A stretch of 64,000 bases of DNA, taken from IMG/VR virus record IMGVR_UViG_3300027708_000012, positions 186,001 through 250,000 of that record, one strand, 5' to 3'. Both the position numbers and the translations under genes were made by a program. This document shows positions 1 to 7,857 of this stretch, one piece after another (within the stretch, counting starts at the first letter, position 1; each line of letters starts with the position of its first letter). The notes under the pieces were generated by a model. It was not told the DNA's origin and did not search any database. It was given only the letters and a program-made list of their open reading frames with translations.

Positions 1-404
1 GCAACTTTACACTCTGAATCAATAACTTGTGTTTCTTTAACAATACGTTCTTTAACGGTAGTAATATACTCTGTACGAACTTTAGCTTTTTTCTTACGTT
101 CTTGATCTAGCTTGTTGTTAAATTCTTTACTTTCTTCTTCGGCCTTTGCTACTTTTGCTTGTGCTTCTTCTACCTTGGCTCTCCAACGCATTTCAGTATC
201 GTATCCGCCTCGCAACCAAACACCTAATACAAGTAAAACTACACCGATTGGTTTTAAAAATTTAACATAATTTCCGTAGAAAGGAATCCAACGACCGAGC
301 CAACTTGCCGCAATACCGCTAATACCTGCCGCAATAATTAACCAGTAGACCCAGTTGAGTATTGCGTCTGGTATCAGACTAAGCATCCAGGTAATTTGCC
401 CCAT
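1..404 (-). CDS. Rz/i-spanin-like membrane protein (partial, runs off the left edge)
   Basis: Read by hand: MGQITWMLSLIPDAILNWVYWLII...; N-terminal TM segments then a charged coiled coil (KVEEAQAKVAKAEEESKEFNNKL); immediately downstream of the endolysin. Confidence 0.55.
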   Translation of the reverse strand, partial: MGQITWMLSLIPDAILNWVYWLIIAAGISGIAASWLGRWIPFYGNYVKFLKPIGVVLLVLGVWLRGGYDTEMRWRAKVEEAQAKVAKAEEESKEFNNKLDQERKKKAKVRTEYITTVKERIVKETQVIDSECKV

Positions 405-407
405 GGC

Positions 408-1034
408 TTATCCTTGTAGAACGTGAATAGCGTGATTGTAATGCTTGATGCGGTCTTCTAATCCAAGTGTTCCGCCATTGATACGTTTAGTCAATGTTAG
501 CATGTCGCCTGCATCTGCCCACTGGTTTAAGTTGTTAGCTTCCCAGAACCAAGCGGCACTTTGTACACAACCTTCAAATGTTGTTAAATGTTCGCTAGCT
601 TCGTCTAGACTAATTTCTAAACTTTGTGCATAACGTGAATAGTTGTCTTTACCAGTTAACTGAATAAGTCCACGTCCACAAAACTTCCAACCATCACCCG
701 ACTCTTCTGGTCCGTTACCCATACGGTTTGCGTATGCTCTGTTGGCAATCTTTTCTGGTTGTTGTGCGTAAGCGTTAGCAACATCTATATTGGGGAAATA
801 ACGTGGCCATACTTTGCATAAACTTGCGGCTTTATAGTTTAAGTTTTCTTTAATTGCTTTATAACCACCACTTTCGTGTGCTGTTTGCGCTAAGAAAGCC
901 GCAACACGTGGCACTGTATTAATATCGTAGTCTGGTAATATTTCGCATAGTGCTTCAAACCAATGATCCGCATAGGGATTTTTTCCAATAATTTCTTCAA
1001 ACTTTGCTTGTGTAAAATTAAATTCAAAACTCAT
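408..1034 (-). CDS. Glycoside hydrolase family 19 endolysin
   Basis: AAFLAQTAHESGG, GRGLIQLTGKDNY, SAAWFW, TKRINGG motifs. Confidence 0.9.
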   Translation of the reverse strand: MSFEFNFTQAKFEEIIGKNPYADHWFEALCEILPDYDINTVPRVAAFLAQTAHESGGYKAIKENLNYKAASLCKVWPRYFPNIDVANAYAQQPEKIANRAYANRMGNGPEESGDGWKFCGRGLIQLTGKDNYSRYAQSLEISLDEASEHLTTFEGCVQSAAWFWEANNLNQWADAGDMLTLTKRINGGTLGLEDRIKHYNHAIHVLQG

Positions 1035-1768
1035 TATAGTTTCCTTTCAAGGGCAACTGCCCAGTTTCCGTTCTCAAATATAAATGTACTACCTATTTTT
1101 GTAATATTATAGTTACCAATAACTTTGGTTAAAAACATAACCTCTGCCATGTCCTTACCTTCTAATACTATTGGACCTTTAATGCTATTGTATATTTCGG
1201 TTTTATTTCCGCTATTAATAATATCAAAAGTAACAGTGCCACTATAAGGTCTTGTAAATGAAATACTTTCGTTGATTACATTTAATTTGTCAGCATAGCT
1301 ATTACTGAAAAAATTGCTAAAATTATTTAAATTATTTTGTTGAGTGGCAATGTTATAATCGTCTGCACTTTTTGGTATTGTTAATTCTAAATTTTCTAAC
1401 GAAGCTACTTTACTTTTAAAACTTTTAAAATATCGAAATCTCAATTCTTCTAAACCAGTAACTTTCTTAATACCTTCAACAAGCTCAAATACTTGTTCAG
1501 CAACTTTACGTCCTCGTTCTAATTCTACATAAACTCGATATTGTCCGTCGTCCAGTTCCCCAGGAGTACAATCTGCATCAAGTACAAAATTATAACCCAT
1601 CTCAAAGAAGTTTTCTAAATCTTTAGCTGGATCTTCTTGGTCAACGGTAAAACTTAATACAACAACATCTTCATCATTGCCAACTTTACTTTTAAAACTA
1701 TCAATTTCAAAAACTTTTTTAACTAAATTTTGCAGATCATTAGCTCTTAAACTTTCTGTTATGTTCAT
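1034..1768 (-). CDS. Hypothetical phage protein
   Basis: 244-aa ORF coupled to both neighbours by stop/start overlaps. Confidence 0.75.
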   Translation of the reverse strand: MNITESLRANDLQNLVKKVFEIDSFKSKVGNDEDVVVLSFTVDQEDPAKDLENFFEMGYNFVLDADCTPGELDDGQYRVYVELERGRKVAEQVFELVEGIKKVTGLEELRFRYFKSFKSKVASLENLELTIPKSADDYNIATQQNNLNNFSNFFSNSYADKLNVINESISFTRPYSGTVTFDIINSGNKTEIYNSIKGPIVLEGKDMAEVMFLTKVIGNYNITKIGSTFIFENGNWAVALERKL

Positions 1769-2343
1769 ACAGGTGCTCCTCCGCCCGATGGCGCAGCTGG
1801 TGCCCCACCTGCCGGTGCTGCTGGAGCTGCTGGTGCAGCTGGTGCCCCACCTGCCGGTGCTGCTGGAGCACCTGGAGGCGCCGCTTCGGTAGGTTTGCTA
1901 TCTTTATAATCGTTTTTCATTTTGTCCATGTAGCCTTTGTAGATATCAAAGGCTACTTTCTTAGGCATTTGTATTTCTACAATCCAAATAGGTTTGCGAT
2001 CTAGTTTGCCTTTCTTACTATTAGGACGAATGTCTTCGGGAGTACGTATTTTACGTGGTTCTATTAACTGACTTTTTTGATACTTAACTTTACAACCTAA
2101 TTCTGTTAATCGTTTAGCAGCTGTAGGATTAGGCATCTTACTATGCTCCCACATAAATCCAGCTGTAATCCAGTGACGATCTACTTTAGGGCCGTAAGCT
2201 AATTCACCCTCGTCCCAGTTTTCATAAACATACATATCTGTTTCTTCTAACACACGTTCAAAATCTTTCAATACAGCAAGGCTGCTGTTGTTTTCATACA
2301 GATCTTGTATGTTTCGTATAACGTCTAAAATATCGTGGTACAT
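1765..2343 (-). CDS. Hypothetical phage protein with Pro/Ala/Gly-rich tail
   Basis: 192-aa ORF; TAAATA motif upstream at 2369-2374. Confidence 0.75.
   Translation of the reverse strand: MYHDILDVIRNIQDLYENNSSLAVLKDFERVLEETDMYVYENWDEGELAYGPKVDRHWITAGFMWEHSKMPNPTAAKRLTELGCKVKYQKSQLIEPRKIRTPEDIRPNSKKGKLDRKPIWIVEIQMPKKVAFDIYKGYMDKMKNDYKDSKPTEAAPPGAPAAPAGGAPAAPAAPAAPAGGAPAAPSGGGAPV
1793..1869. repeat. 35-bp exact direct repeat, 42-bp period, encoding part of the APAAPAGGAPAA tail
   Basis: gcagctggtgccccacctgccggtgctgctggagc at 1793-1827 and 1835-1869. Confidence 0.9.
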
Positions 2344-2504
2344 TTGGTGTCCTAGGTGATCTTATACTTATTTAGCTGGTTCGAAATCATAACATATCAG
2401 TTTATTATTCTGTGTATTGTGTAAATAATAGTGTAGGACCTCTGTAGTTATCAGGGCGGTCACTACAAGTCTTACTTTAACCAGTAAAGTAGGAGCACAA
2501 CTAG

Positions 2505-3224
2505 ATGAGTAAACAACGAGTGAAAAAGCGTTTTACATCAGAAGTTAACATAATTGATTTTGAGCCATATCTTCCGGCAAAAAAGCAACGTGTGAGTATT
2601 CAAGCACGTAATGCTAATCAGAAATCTTATCTCAGCAAATTGTATTCAGAATCCACTAGCATAGTACTTGCTATTGGTCCAGCAGGCACGGGTAAAACCA
2701 TGTTGGCTGTACAGTATGGGATTAAGTTATTTCAGGAAGGTATTGTTGACAAGATCGTTGTGACAAGACCCGCCGTTAGTGTAGACGAAGATTTAGGATT
2801 TTTACCAGGTACGCTTAATGAAAAGATGGCGCCTTGGACAAGACCTATTTTTGATGTCTTTTCAGAGTATTATCAAACAAAAGATATAGCAAAAATGTTA
2901 GAGGATGGAACTATCGAAATAAGCCCACTTGCCTACATGCGAGGTAGAACCTTTAAAAATGCATATATTATTGCAGATGAGTGCCAAAACACTACTGTTA
3001 ATCAGATGAAGATGCTGTTAACCCGCTTGGGAGAAGGCTCTAAGATGGTGGTTACAGGAGATTTAGCACAAGCAGACCGATTGAGCGATAATGGTCTGAT
3101 TGATTTTTGCAACCTACTTGAACAAAAGGAATATTTGGAACATATTGATATTATACGATTTGACCACAAGGACATCGAACGCCATAATGCCGTGAAGGAG
3201 GTGTTAGCGGTTTATGGAGAATAA
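2505..3224 (+). CDS. phoH: PhoH-like ATPase
   Basis: GPAGTGKT, RPAV, LGFLPG, YMRGRTF, DECQN, GDLAQAD motifs. Confidence 0.95.
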   Translation: MSKQRVKKRFTSEVNIIDFEPYLPAKKQRVSIQARNANQKSYLSKLYSESTSIVLAIGPAGTGKTMLAVQYGIKLFQEGIVDKIVVTRPAVSVDEDLGFLPGTLNEKMAPWTRPIFDVFSEYYQTKDIAKMLEDGTIEISPLAYMRGRTFKNAYIIADECQNTTVNQMKMLLTRLGEGSKMVVTGDLAQADRLSDNGLIDFCNLLEQKEYLEHIDIIRFDHKDIERHNAVKEVLAVYGE

Positions 3225-3252
3225 AATGGCCTAGCTATTTTAGATAGTCAAC

Positions 3253-3279
3253 AAAAAAGGGCCCTAGTGGCCCTTTTTT
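3253..3279. terminator. Bidirectional intrinsic terminator between convergent genes
   Basis: AAAAAAGGGCC-CTAGT-GGCCCTTTTTT. Confidence 0.85.
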
Positions 3280-4072
3280 ATTTAAGTCCTAATTCTTTAC
3301 GTATGCCGGTAGCACTGATATTAGTTACACTTTCGTCAAATGTTTCTTCGCCTGCGGTATAACCTACACCTCGTCCCCACCCAATGTGTACAATATTAGG
3401 AACAACTTGTATTTCGTATTGTCCTTGATATAATGGATCTAAGTCACGTCGAATAAAACCTTTAACTTTTTCCACTTCAAACGGATTACTTCCTTGCCAA
3501 CCTTGTACATCACGTACCTGGATAATAACTTGTCCAGTCTTGGATAGTAGTCGCTCAAATAGAGCACGATGGCCATCATGCCATGGTTGCCAACGTCCTA
3601 GCATCTGTACAGTTTCTTTCTTCCAATCAAATACAGGACGTCTACGATTATCTAAAATATGCCCTGCAATAAACTCGCCCCATGTTTCTGCTTTTTGTAC
3701 AGTGACGCGGAAATCATAAACTTCTGGTTCAATAAACATAGCGTTAGTATCGGCATAACGACCTTCACGGATAGTGTCTACCCAAATGGTCCAATCTGCT
3801 TTAAAATTATTACGCATTTCAACCAAGGGAGCAACAAAGTCACAGATAACATAATCCATATTGGTCATGCTATCGGCTAGTTCTCGCATACGCAAACTTT
3901 GACGAATACGTCCTTCGTGACTAAAATCCCAATCGTTATATTTCTTACGTACATCGTCGGCGTTGAGCCAGCCCACTTTTTTCTTATCTGCTTGTAAATG
4001 ATCTACAATGTGTTGTGCTAGATAAGTTTTACCAGCACCAGGCAACCCCATTACTAAAATTCTTTTTGTCAT
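3278..4072 (-). CDS. APS-kinase-like P-loop domain fused to an HxGH nucleotidyltransferase domain
   Basis: N-terminal GLPGAGKT and LNADDVR; C-terminal MLGRWQPWHDGH. Confidence 0.75.
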   Translation of the reverse strand: MTKRILVMGLPGAGKTYLAQHIVDHLQADKKKVGWLNADDVRKKYNDWDFSHEGRIRQSLRMRELADSMTNMDYVICDFVAPLVEMRNNFKADWTIWVDTIREGRYADTNAMFIEPEVYDFRVTVQKAETWGEFIAGHILDNRRRPVFDWKKETVQMLGRWQPWHDGHRALFERLLSKTGQVIIQVRDVQGWQGSNPFEVEKVKGFIRRDLDPLYQGQYEIQVVPNIVHIGWGRGVGYTAGEETFDESVTNISATGIRKELGLK

Positions 4073-4518
4073 TTTAATTCTCCTAGTTGTTCTACTTTAA
4101 CACCTGATTTTGTGAGAAATTGTATTCCATCTTCGCTACGATAAGCATCACGGAAAAACACACTGCTAATACCAGACTGAAAAATAAGTTTGGCACAATC
4201 CAAACAAGGAGCATGAGTGATAAACATACTAGCATTAAAGCCAGACTCAGTACTCTTAGCCAACTTGGCAATTGCGTTTGTTTCTGCATGTAACACCTCC
4301 GGTTTTGATTTTAAAACAGTTTCGTAGTCATCTTCAACTTCTATAGTTACTTCGTTTTCACAGTTATTGTCCCAACCAGCCGGCATACCATTGTAGCCAA
4401 TACTAATAATTCTATCATCCTTAACTACAATAGCGCCAACATGTAATCTTCGTGCATGACTTAACTCTGCAAACGTCTCTGCGGTTTTCATGTAGGCGTC
4501 TTTTAACTTCTGTTTCAT
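4069..4518 (-). CDS. dCMP deaminase
   Basis: VGAIVV, GYNG, HAETNAI, PCLDC zinc motifs. Confidence 0.9.
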   Translation of the reverse strand: MKQKLKDAYMKTAETFAELSHARRLHVGAIVVKDDRIISIGYNGMPAGWDNNCENEVTIEVEDDYETVLKSKPEVLHAETNAIAKLAKSTESGFNASMFITHAPCLDCAKLIFQSGISSVFFRDAYRSEDGIQFLTKSGVKVEQLGELK

Positions 4519-5429
4519 AGATGGCTCAAGCGAATTAATGTAGCCGCAAGATTAATCTCTGGATCTATAACTAATGTGTGATCAACTAATCCTTGTTTGA
4601 TAATAAGAATTGCTTTATCCTGCAGAGCTTCTTCTCCAAAGATTTCAATATTATCATATAGCCAGCGGTAGATATCACCCATTTCTTCTGGTCGAGCTTG
4701 TCCGCATACTAGCTTACGTGCTTCTCCAATCTTACCAGCTTTAAACAATTCTACCATGCGGATTTTATAATCTGCAGCTCCAGTATCTCCTTGCTCAGGA
4801 GTATGTAATGTACCGTCAAGACTATTCATCTGTACGGTATTGATGCATTTACGCAAGTCTGGATATGTAGCTTTAACAAACGTATCTAGTGTATCAAGAT
4901 CAAATTCTACATTCTCCTCCATGAGAATGGTAGCCACACGAGCAGTAAACTCAGCAACATCAACTCGCTCAATGTGGAATCCTTGACATCTACTGTGCAA
5001 AGCAGGGATAATTTTATTAGGATAATTGCAAGTAAGTATAAAACGAGCGGTCGTATGATATTCTTCCATGACCCCACGTAAGGCGGCTTGTGCGTTAGGT
5101 GATAAGTAATCTGCTTCATCTAGTAGTACTACCTTAAAATCTCCAAACGGAATCATCTGTACAAAGTTAATAATTTTGTCACGTACATCGTCAACACTGT
5201 TTGTTCGACTAGCGTTAATCTCTAATATATCTAAATCGTTGAGATCTAGTTCTTTAAAAAGAATTTTTGCTAGGGTAGTTTTGCCAATGCCGGCATTACC
5301 GCTAAACAATAAATGTGGTATGGATTTTTGTTTAATCCAAGTTTCAACTTGTTCTTTTTGGTGATTGTCTCTAAACACGTACCCGTCAACGGTACTTGGA
5401 CGGTATTTTTCAACCCATAGTTCTTTCAT
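4515..5429 (-). CDS. Clamp loader (RFC small subunit / T4 gp44-like AAA+ ATPase)
   Basis: WVEKYRP, GNAGIGKT, LDEADYL, SRC; start moved to MKELWVEKYRP at 5429. Confidence 0.92.
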   Translation of the reverse strand: MKELWVEKYRPSTVDGYVFRDNHQKEQVETWIKQKSIPHLLFSGNAGIGKTTLAKILFKELDLNDLDILEINASRTNSVDDVRDKIINFVQMIPFGDFKVVLLDEADYLSPNAQAALRGVMEEYHTTARFILTCNYPNKIIPALHSRCQGFHIERVDVAEFTARVATILMEENVEFDLDTLDTFVKATYPDLRKCINTVQMNSLDGTLHTPEQGDTGAADYKIRMVELFKAGKIGEARKLVCGQARPEEMGDIYRWLYDNIEIFGEEALQDKAILIIKQGLVDHTLVIDPEINLAATLIRLSHL

Positions 5430-5593
5430 ACTAATTCCTCTACAATTCCTAATACTTCTGCCATTATAAAACAAACACCCGCCATTAGCAAATTACCGGT
5501 AATCAAACATCCGCCTGCTACAATACGGATAGCACTTTTTGCAAGGCTAACATAAAAATGTCCCTTGCTTGTATCTTTAGGTTGAATTTCCAT
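5426..5593 (-). CDS. Small membrane protein, 55 aa (not in ORF track)
   Basis: MEIQPKDTSKGHFYVSLAKSAIRIVAGG...LGIVEELV; ATGA overlap with the clamp loader start. Confidence 0.7.
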   Translation of the reverse strand: MEIQPKDTSKGHFYVSLAKSAIRIVAGGCLITGNLLMAGVCFIMAEVLGIVEELV

Positions 5594-5594
5594 T

Positions 5595-5741
5595 TTATTT
5601 TAATCCGTAGTAGGCTAACACATGTAAGTCCCATCCAATTAACGCCGCCCAGAACATTGCCATACCAATACGACCATCGTCGTATTCTTTTTTAGCAAAA
5701 TAAACAGCAACCAACGTAACAATAATGCTAAGTCCGTCCAT
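5595..5741 (-). CDS. Small membrane protein, 48 aa (not in ORF track)
   Basis: MDGLSIIVTLVAVYFAKKEY...; AAGGAG RBS and a sigma70 promoter upstream. Confidence 0.7.
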   Translation of the reverse strand: MDGLSIIVTLVAVYFAKKEYDDGRIGMAMFWAALIGWDLHVLAYYGLK

Positions 5742-5759
5742 AGATTTCTCCTTTAATGT

Positions 5760-5788
5760 ATTGTACAGGTGAAAACAGGGCTAGTCAA
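5760..5788 (-). promoter_or_regulatory. Sigma70-type promoter
   Basis: TTGACT (5788-5783), 17 nt, TACAAT (5765-5760). Confidence 0.75.
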
Positions 5789-5798
5789 TAGCCCTGTT
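5774..5798 (-). terminator. Intrinsic terminator after groES, with the -35 box in its loop
   Basis: AACAGGGCTA-TTGAC-TAGCCCTGTT followed by TT. Confidence 0.65.
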
Positions 5799-5813
5799 AC
5801 TCGAACAAATTAA

Positions 5814-6212
5814 TTATTGTTCAAAACTTGGTCTTGAGAATGTTGCCGGATCAAATGTTGCATGCTCTACTTTACTGTGCTTTCCTAATTCAAGACCGTC
5901 AGGTTTCTCATCAGACACCATTAAAATTCCGTTTACATCTGCTCGACGAATTGTAATTTCAGTACCGTCTTGTTCTACTACAGTGACACCCCGAGTCCAT
6001 CGTCCGTGCTCAAGAAGTATCCATTCACCGATGCTAACGTCTTTTTGTTCGGGCCCAATTGCCCATACACGACCCCAACGGTGTTTAACGCCTTCACTTT
6101 TCCCATCGTCGCTTGGAATAAAAATACCACCTTTTGATATTTGTTCACCAAAATTCATGTCCGTAATAAGAATATTATCACGGACTGGAATAAGTTTTCC
6201 TGTTACTTTCAT
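5814..6212 (-). CDS. groES: GroES-like co-chaperonin
   Basis: LIPVRDNILI, SKGGIFIP, GRVWAIGP, VSIGEWILL pattern; extended C-terminus. Confidence 0.8.
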   Translation of the reverse strand: MKVTGKLIPVRDNILITDMNFGEQISKGGIFIPSDDGKSEGVKHRWGRVWAIGPEQKDVSIGEWILLEHGRWTRGVTVVEQDGTEITIRRADVNGILMVSDEKPDGLELGKHSKVEHATFDPATFSRPSFEQ

Positions 6213-6505
6213 TCGTTGCCTTCCGGATCCATATCAGATACATCTTTTTTACTTGTGACAGCAACTGGTGCAGGTACGGGTGTTGCCACAGGTACAGGTG
6301 CTGGAGCAGGTGCTGGCCTACTTAAATTTATTTGACTTGGAATTCCTGAAGATATAATTTTGCCGCCGGGACCTAACTTATCTCCCCTAGCATTTACCTT
6401 CATATTTCCCACAGCTGGCTGTAACTCGTTTTGGTTAATTAGTTTGCCCATGTCTACTTCTCGACCTTTAGCCGTTCTGTAAATACCTGTTTTTTGATTA
6501 GCCAT
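6209..6505 (-). CDS. Hypothetical protein with Pro/Ala/Val-rich linker
   Basis: 98-aa ORF with GGAG RBS; overlaps the groES start. Confidence 0.7.
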   Translation of the reverse strand: MANQKTGIYRTAKGREVDMGKLINQNELQPAVGNMKVNARGDKLGPGGKIISSGIPSQINLSRPAPAPAPVPVATPVPAPVAVTSKKDVSDMDPEGNE

Positions 6506-6531
6506 TGTAATCTCCTTAATTATACTACTAC

Positions 6532-7041
6532 TTATCTCAAGAATTCTTGCCAGTCTAAATTATATTTGACAGAATCTATTTGGTGTACACCTAGTAAATA
6601 TAGCACAAAACTAGCCACCGAACTGCCTCTACCTACTCCCCAAACAATACCATTTTCGTTACAAGTGTCCACAAAATGTTTAGTCCATTGTAGCAATGGA
6701 ATCATTTTACGACTACGATATTCTTCCATTTCGTCGTAAACACGTTCTTTTTGTTGGTTAGTTGTGCAACGTTTAATACACCATTCTTCTACATCAAAGT
6801 CTTTATACTCAGGCGGCATAAACCAATCACTTTGAAGTGCTTGATCAAAATCCTCAATGCTGATAGAGTCTAACTGATCGTTAAATCTTTGAAATGTAAA
6901 CCCAGCAGTTTTTTCCAACTGCTCCATGTCTTCCGTATAGTCTACAGTTAGATCTTTGAGGTTGGTTAGTTTTCCTTGATAAAGGAACTTAAATATATCT
7001 TGTGTATTAAAAATAGGATTACCAAATTTGTCTAGGCGCAT
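6532..7041 (-). CDS. Stand-alone fragment of DNA polymerase III alpha (DnaE-like, GRGS region)
   Basis: GIVWGVGRGSSVASFVLYLLGVHQIDSVKYNLDWQEFLR then stop; only 169 aa. Confidence 0.8.
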   Translation of the reverse strand: MRLDKFGNPIFNTQDIFKFLYQGKLTNLKDLTVDYTEDMEQLEKTAGFTFQRFNDQLDSISIEDFDQALQSDWFMPPEYKDFDVEEWCIKRCTTNQQKERVYDEMEEYRSRKMIPLLQWTKHFVDTCNENGIVWGVGRGSSVASFVLYLLGVHQIDSVKYNLDWQEFLR

Positions 7042-7048
7042 AGCCTAC

Positions 7049-7077
7049 ATTTTAACTGACTTTAATTAAGCTGTCAA
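7049..7077 (-). promoter_or_regulatory. Sigma70-type promoter for the DnaE-like fragment
   Basis: TTGACA, 17 nt, TAAAAT; ATG only 8 nt after the -10 box. Confidence 0.65.
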
Positions 7078-7282
7078 GTTTTTTATCCCGGTTTTCCATC
7101 ATTTTTTCTAGAGTCGCTTGTCGGCGTTTGCCCAATTCTTCATTATATGTATCCAACATCAAACTTATTTGTTGTTTGACTCCGGGATTGCTGGTCATAA
7201 AATATTTTTTGGTAAGATCAAAGATCTTAGTTTCAAGATCTCCGTCTTTAATTTCTGACAAATTTCCAGAAAGTGGGTGCAT
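7052..7282 (-). CDS. Hypothetical protein
   Basis: 76-aa ORF coupled to the upstream gene. Confidence 0.65.
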   Translation of the reverse strand: MHPLSGNLSEIKDGDLETKIFDLTKKYFMTSNPGVKQQISLMLDTYNEELGKRRQATLEKMMENRDKKLDSLIKVS

Positions 7283-7857
7283 TAGTATTCGCCTAGATTT
7301 TTTATGTATACAGTGGACCCACCGTCAACAGTCCACACTTCAAATACTTCTACTTTTCCGGTAGTAGGAAGGGATACAGTAACAGGATTATTACCGTATG
7401 GCCACCCGGTAGCTGTTTTTAAAACTCCGTTATTTGTTGTAGACAGTGTTGCAGTTCTTGGACTTCCGTTATTGGTTAATATAAGTCTAACAGTACTCCA
7501 CATTCCAGCATCGGGCCAATTTTCAAAAGTTAAAGTTGCATTAGCTGAAAGTGTTACTTGTTGGATAGGACCGTTATCTACGTTAATTAATGCGCCGCCC
7601 GCACCAACAGTGCCTGCATTATAGAATACACCATTGAATTGTGAATACAATCCGTTATTAAATATTGTACCCTGCAATTGATTAACAGGCTGTGTAACAT
7701 CTAATCCATTAGTCTGTAACAGTGTAATTTCTGCAGATGCTTCTGCAAGTCCAGCTTGGATTGCTGTGAAATTATCCCTAAAACCTTGGCTATCGTTATC
7801 TTGTCCTGCTACCGGGTATGCTACATTGATTGCTGAGTAATTTATTTGGCTTGTCAT
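7282..7857 (-). CDS. Putative virion structural protein
   Basis: INVAYPVAGQDNDSQGFRDNF N-terminus; beta-rich, T/N/G-rich; TAAATA upstream at 7888-7893. Confidence 0.65.
   Translation of the reverse strand: MTSQINYSAINVAYPVAGQDNDSQGFRDNFTAIQAGLAEASAEITLLQTNGLDVTQPVNQLQGTIFNNGLYSQFNGVFYNAGTVGAGGALINVDNGPIQQVTLSANATLTFENWPDAGMWSTVRLILTNNGSPRTATLSTTNNGVLKTATGWPYGNNPVTVSLPTTGKVEVFEVWTVDGGSTVYIKNLGEY

Noticed and set aside
1793-1869. Functional DNA repeat (origin or iteron)
   Set aside because: In-frame 42-bp-period duplication fully explained by a low-complexity Pro/Ala tail
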